DNA from: an uncultured Candidatus Binatia bacterium
GTDB lineage: Bacteria; Desulfobacterota; Binatia; UBA9968; JAJDTQ01
Assembly: GCA_965213675.1 (NCBI GenBank)
Contig: OZ243916.1
Location: 928,001 to 992,000, forward strand
Length of the DNA stretch: 64,000 nt
Reading direction: 5' to 3'
Shown: positions 63,426 through 64,000 of the stretch, piece by piece
How the letters are laid out: each line of letters begins with the position of its first letter
Numbering within the stretch: position 1 is the first letter of the stretch
Notes under the pieces: generated by a model
Databases searched by the model: none
What the model was told of the DNA's origin: nothing
What the model saw: the letters and a program-made list of their open reading frames with translations, nothing else
Program-made: the position numbers and the translations under genes

Positions 63426-64000
63426 ATGAAGCGCACCGAGCCACTCGAATTCCATCAGCCCACGAGCCTCGCGGAAGCCACCCGCATCATGCTGGATGGC
63501 GGACCCGGCGGACACTTCCTGGCGGGCGGCACCGACCTGGTCATCGCCATGAAGGAAAAGGGGCTCGTGCCCAAATACCTGGTGGACCTGAAGCGCATCC
63601 CGTCGCTCTCGGGAATCCACGAGAACGATGACGGCGGCGTCACCATCGGCGCCCTGACCACCATGCGGGAAGTGGAGACGTCCCCGCTCATCGTCGGACG
63701 CTACCCCTTCCTGGCGCAGAGCGCCGCCGAGGTGGGCTCCATCCAGATCCGCAACCGCGCCACCGTTGGCGGCAACATGGCCAACGCCACGCCCTCTGCG
63801 GACGTGGCGCCGGCATTGCTCGCCCTGGACGCCACCGCCAGGCTGGAGGGCGCCGGCGGCGAGAGGATTCTGGACCTCGCGGATTTCTTTCGCGGACCCG
63901 GACAGACCGTGGCCGAGTCCGGGGAGATTCTCACCGAGCTACGGATTCCGCCGCGGGACCCGCGCCTCGTAGGGGAATACATCAAGTTTTCGCCGCGCGA
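63426..64000 (+). CDS. Xanthine dehydrogenase-family FAD-binding (CoxM-like) subunit, runs off window
   Basis: Own translation: PTSLAEA, LAGGTDL, IGALTT, QIRNRATVGGN..NATPSAD. Confidence 0.9.
   Translation, partial: MKRTEPLEFHQPTSLAEATRIMLDGGPGGHFLAGGTDLVIAMKEKGLVPKYLVDLKRIPSLSGIHENDDGGVTIGALTTMREVETSPLIVGRYPFLAQSAAEVGSIQIRNRATVGGNMANATPSADVAPALLALDATARLEGAGGERILDLADFFRGPGQTVAESGEILTELRIPPRDPRLVGEYIKFSPR

Overview
High-GC bacterial chromosome. Gene style suggests a deltaproteobacterial/Binatia-like organism, but that is inference. Most of the window is housekeeping: an Rrf2-regulated suf operon, def, hisS-aspS, comEC, uvrBC, mutM-rsmA-tsaD, PBP1b plus a TPR lipoprotein, degP/Q, cysK, tRNA-Glu, ispD-carD, tRNA-Cys, coaE/efp, two Rieske proteins, and a Mo-hydroxylase/UbiD/amidohydrolase catabolic cluster. 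The main accessory feature is a ~15.6 kb island between def and aspS (7033-22643) that looks like a BREX-related defence system: DUF499 ATPase, a small conserved partner, DUF1156-type adenine methyltransferase and PLD-SNF2 helicase. It also carries an inverted higBA module and an effector-less STAND-NTPase/43-aa-repeat gene that overlaps the methylase start. The methylase is split by an IS5-family element; removing 1300 bp restores a 988-aa ORF exactly. Outside the island, the most unusual gene is a ferredoxin/membrane/Hsp20-like fusion. All family calls come from motif reading, not database searches.
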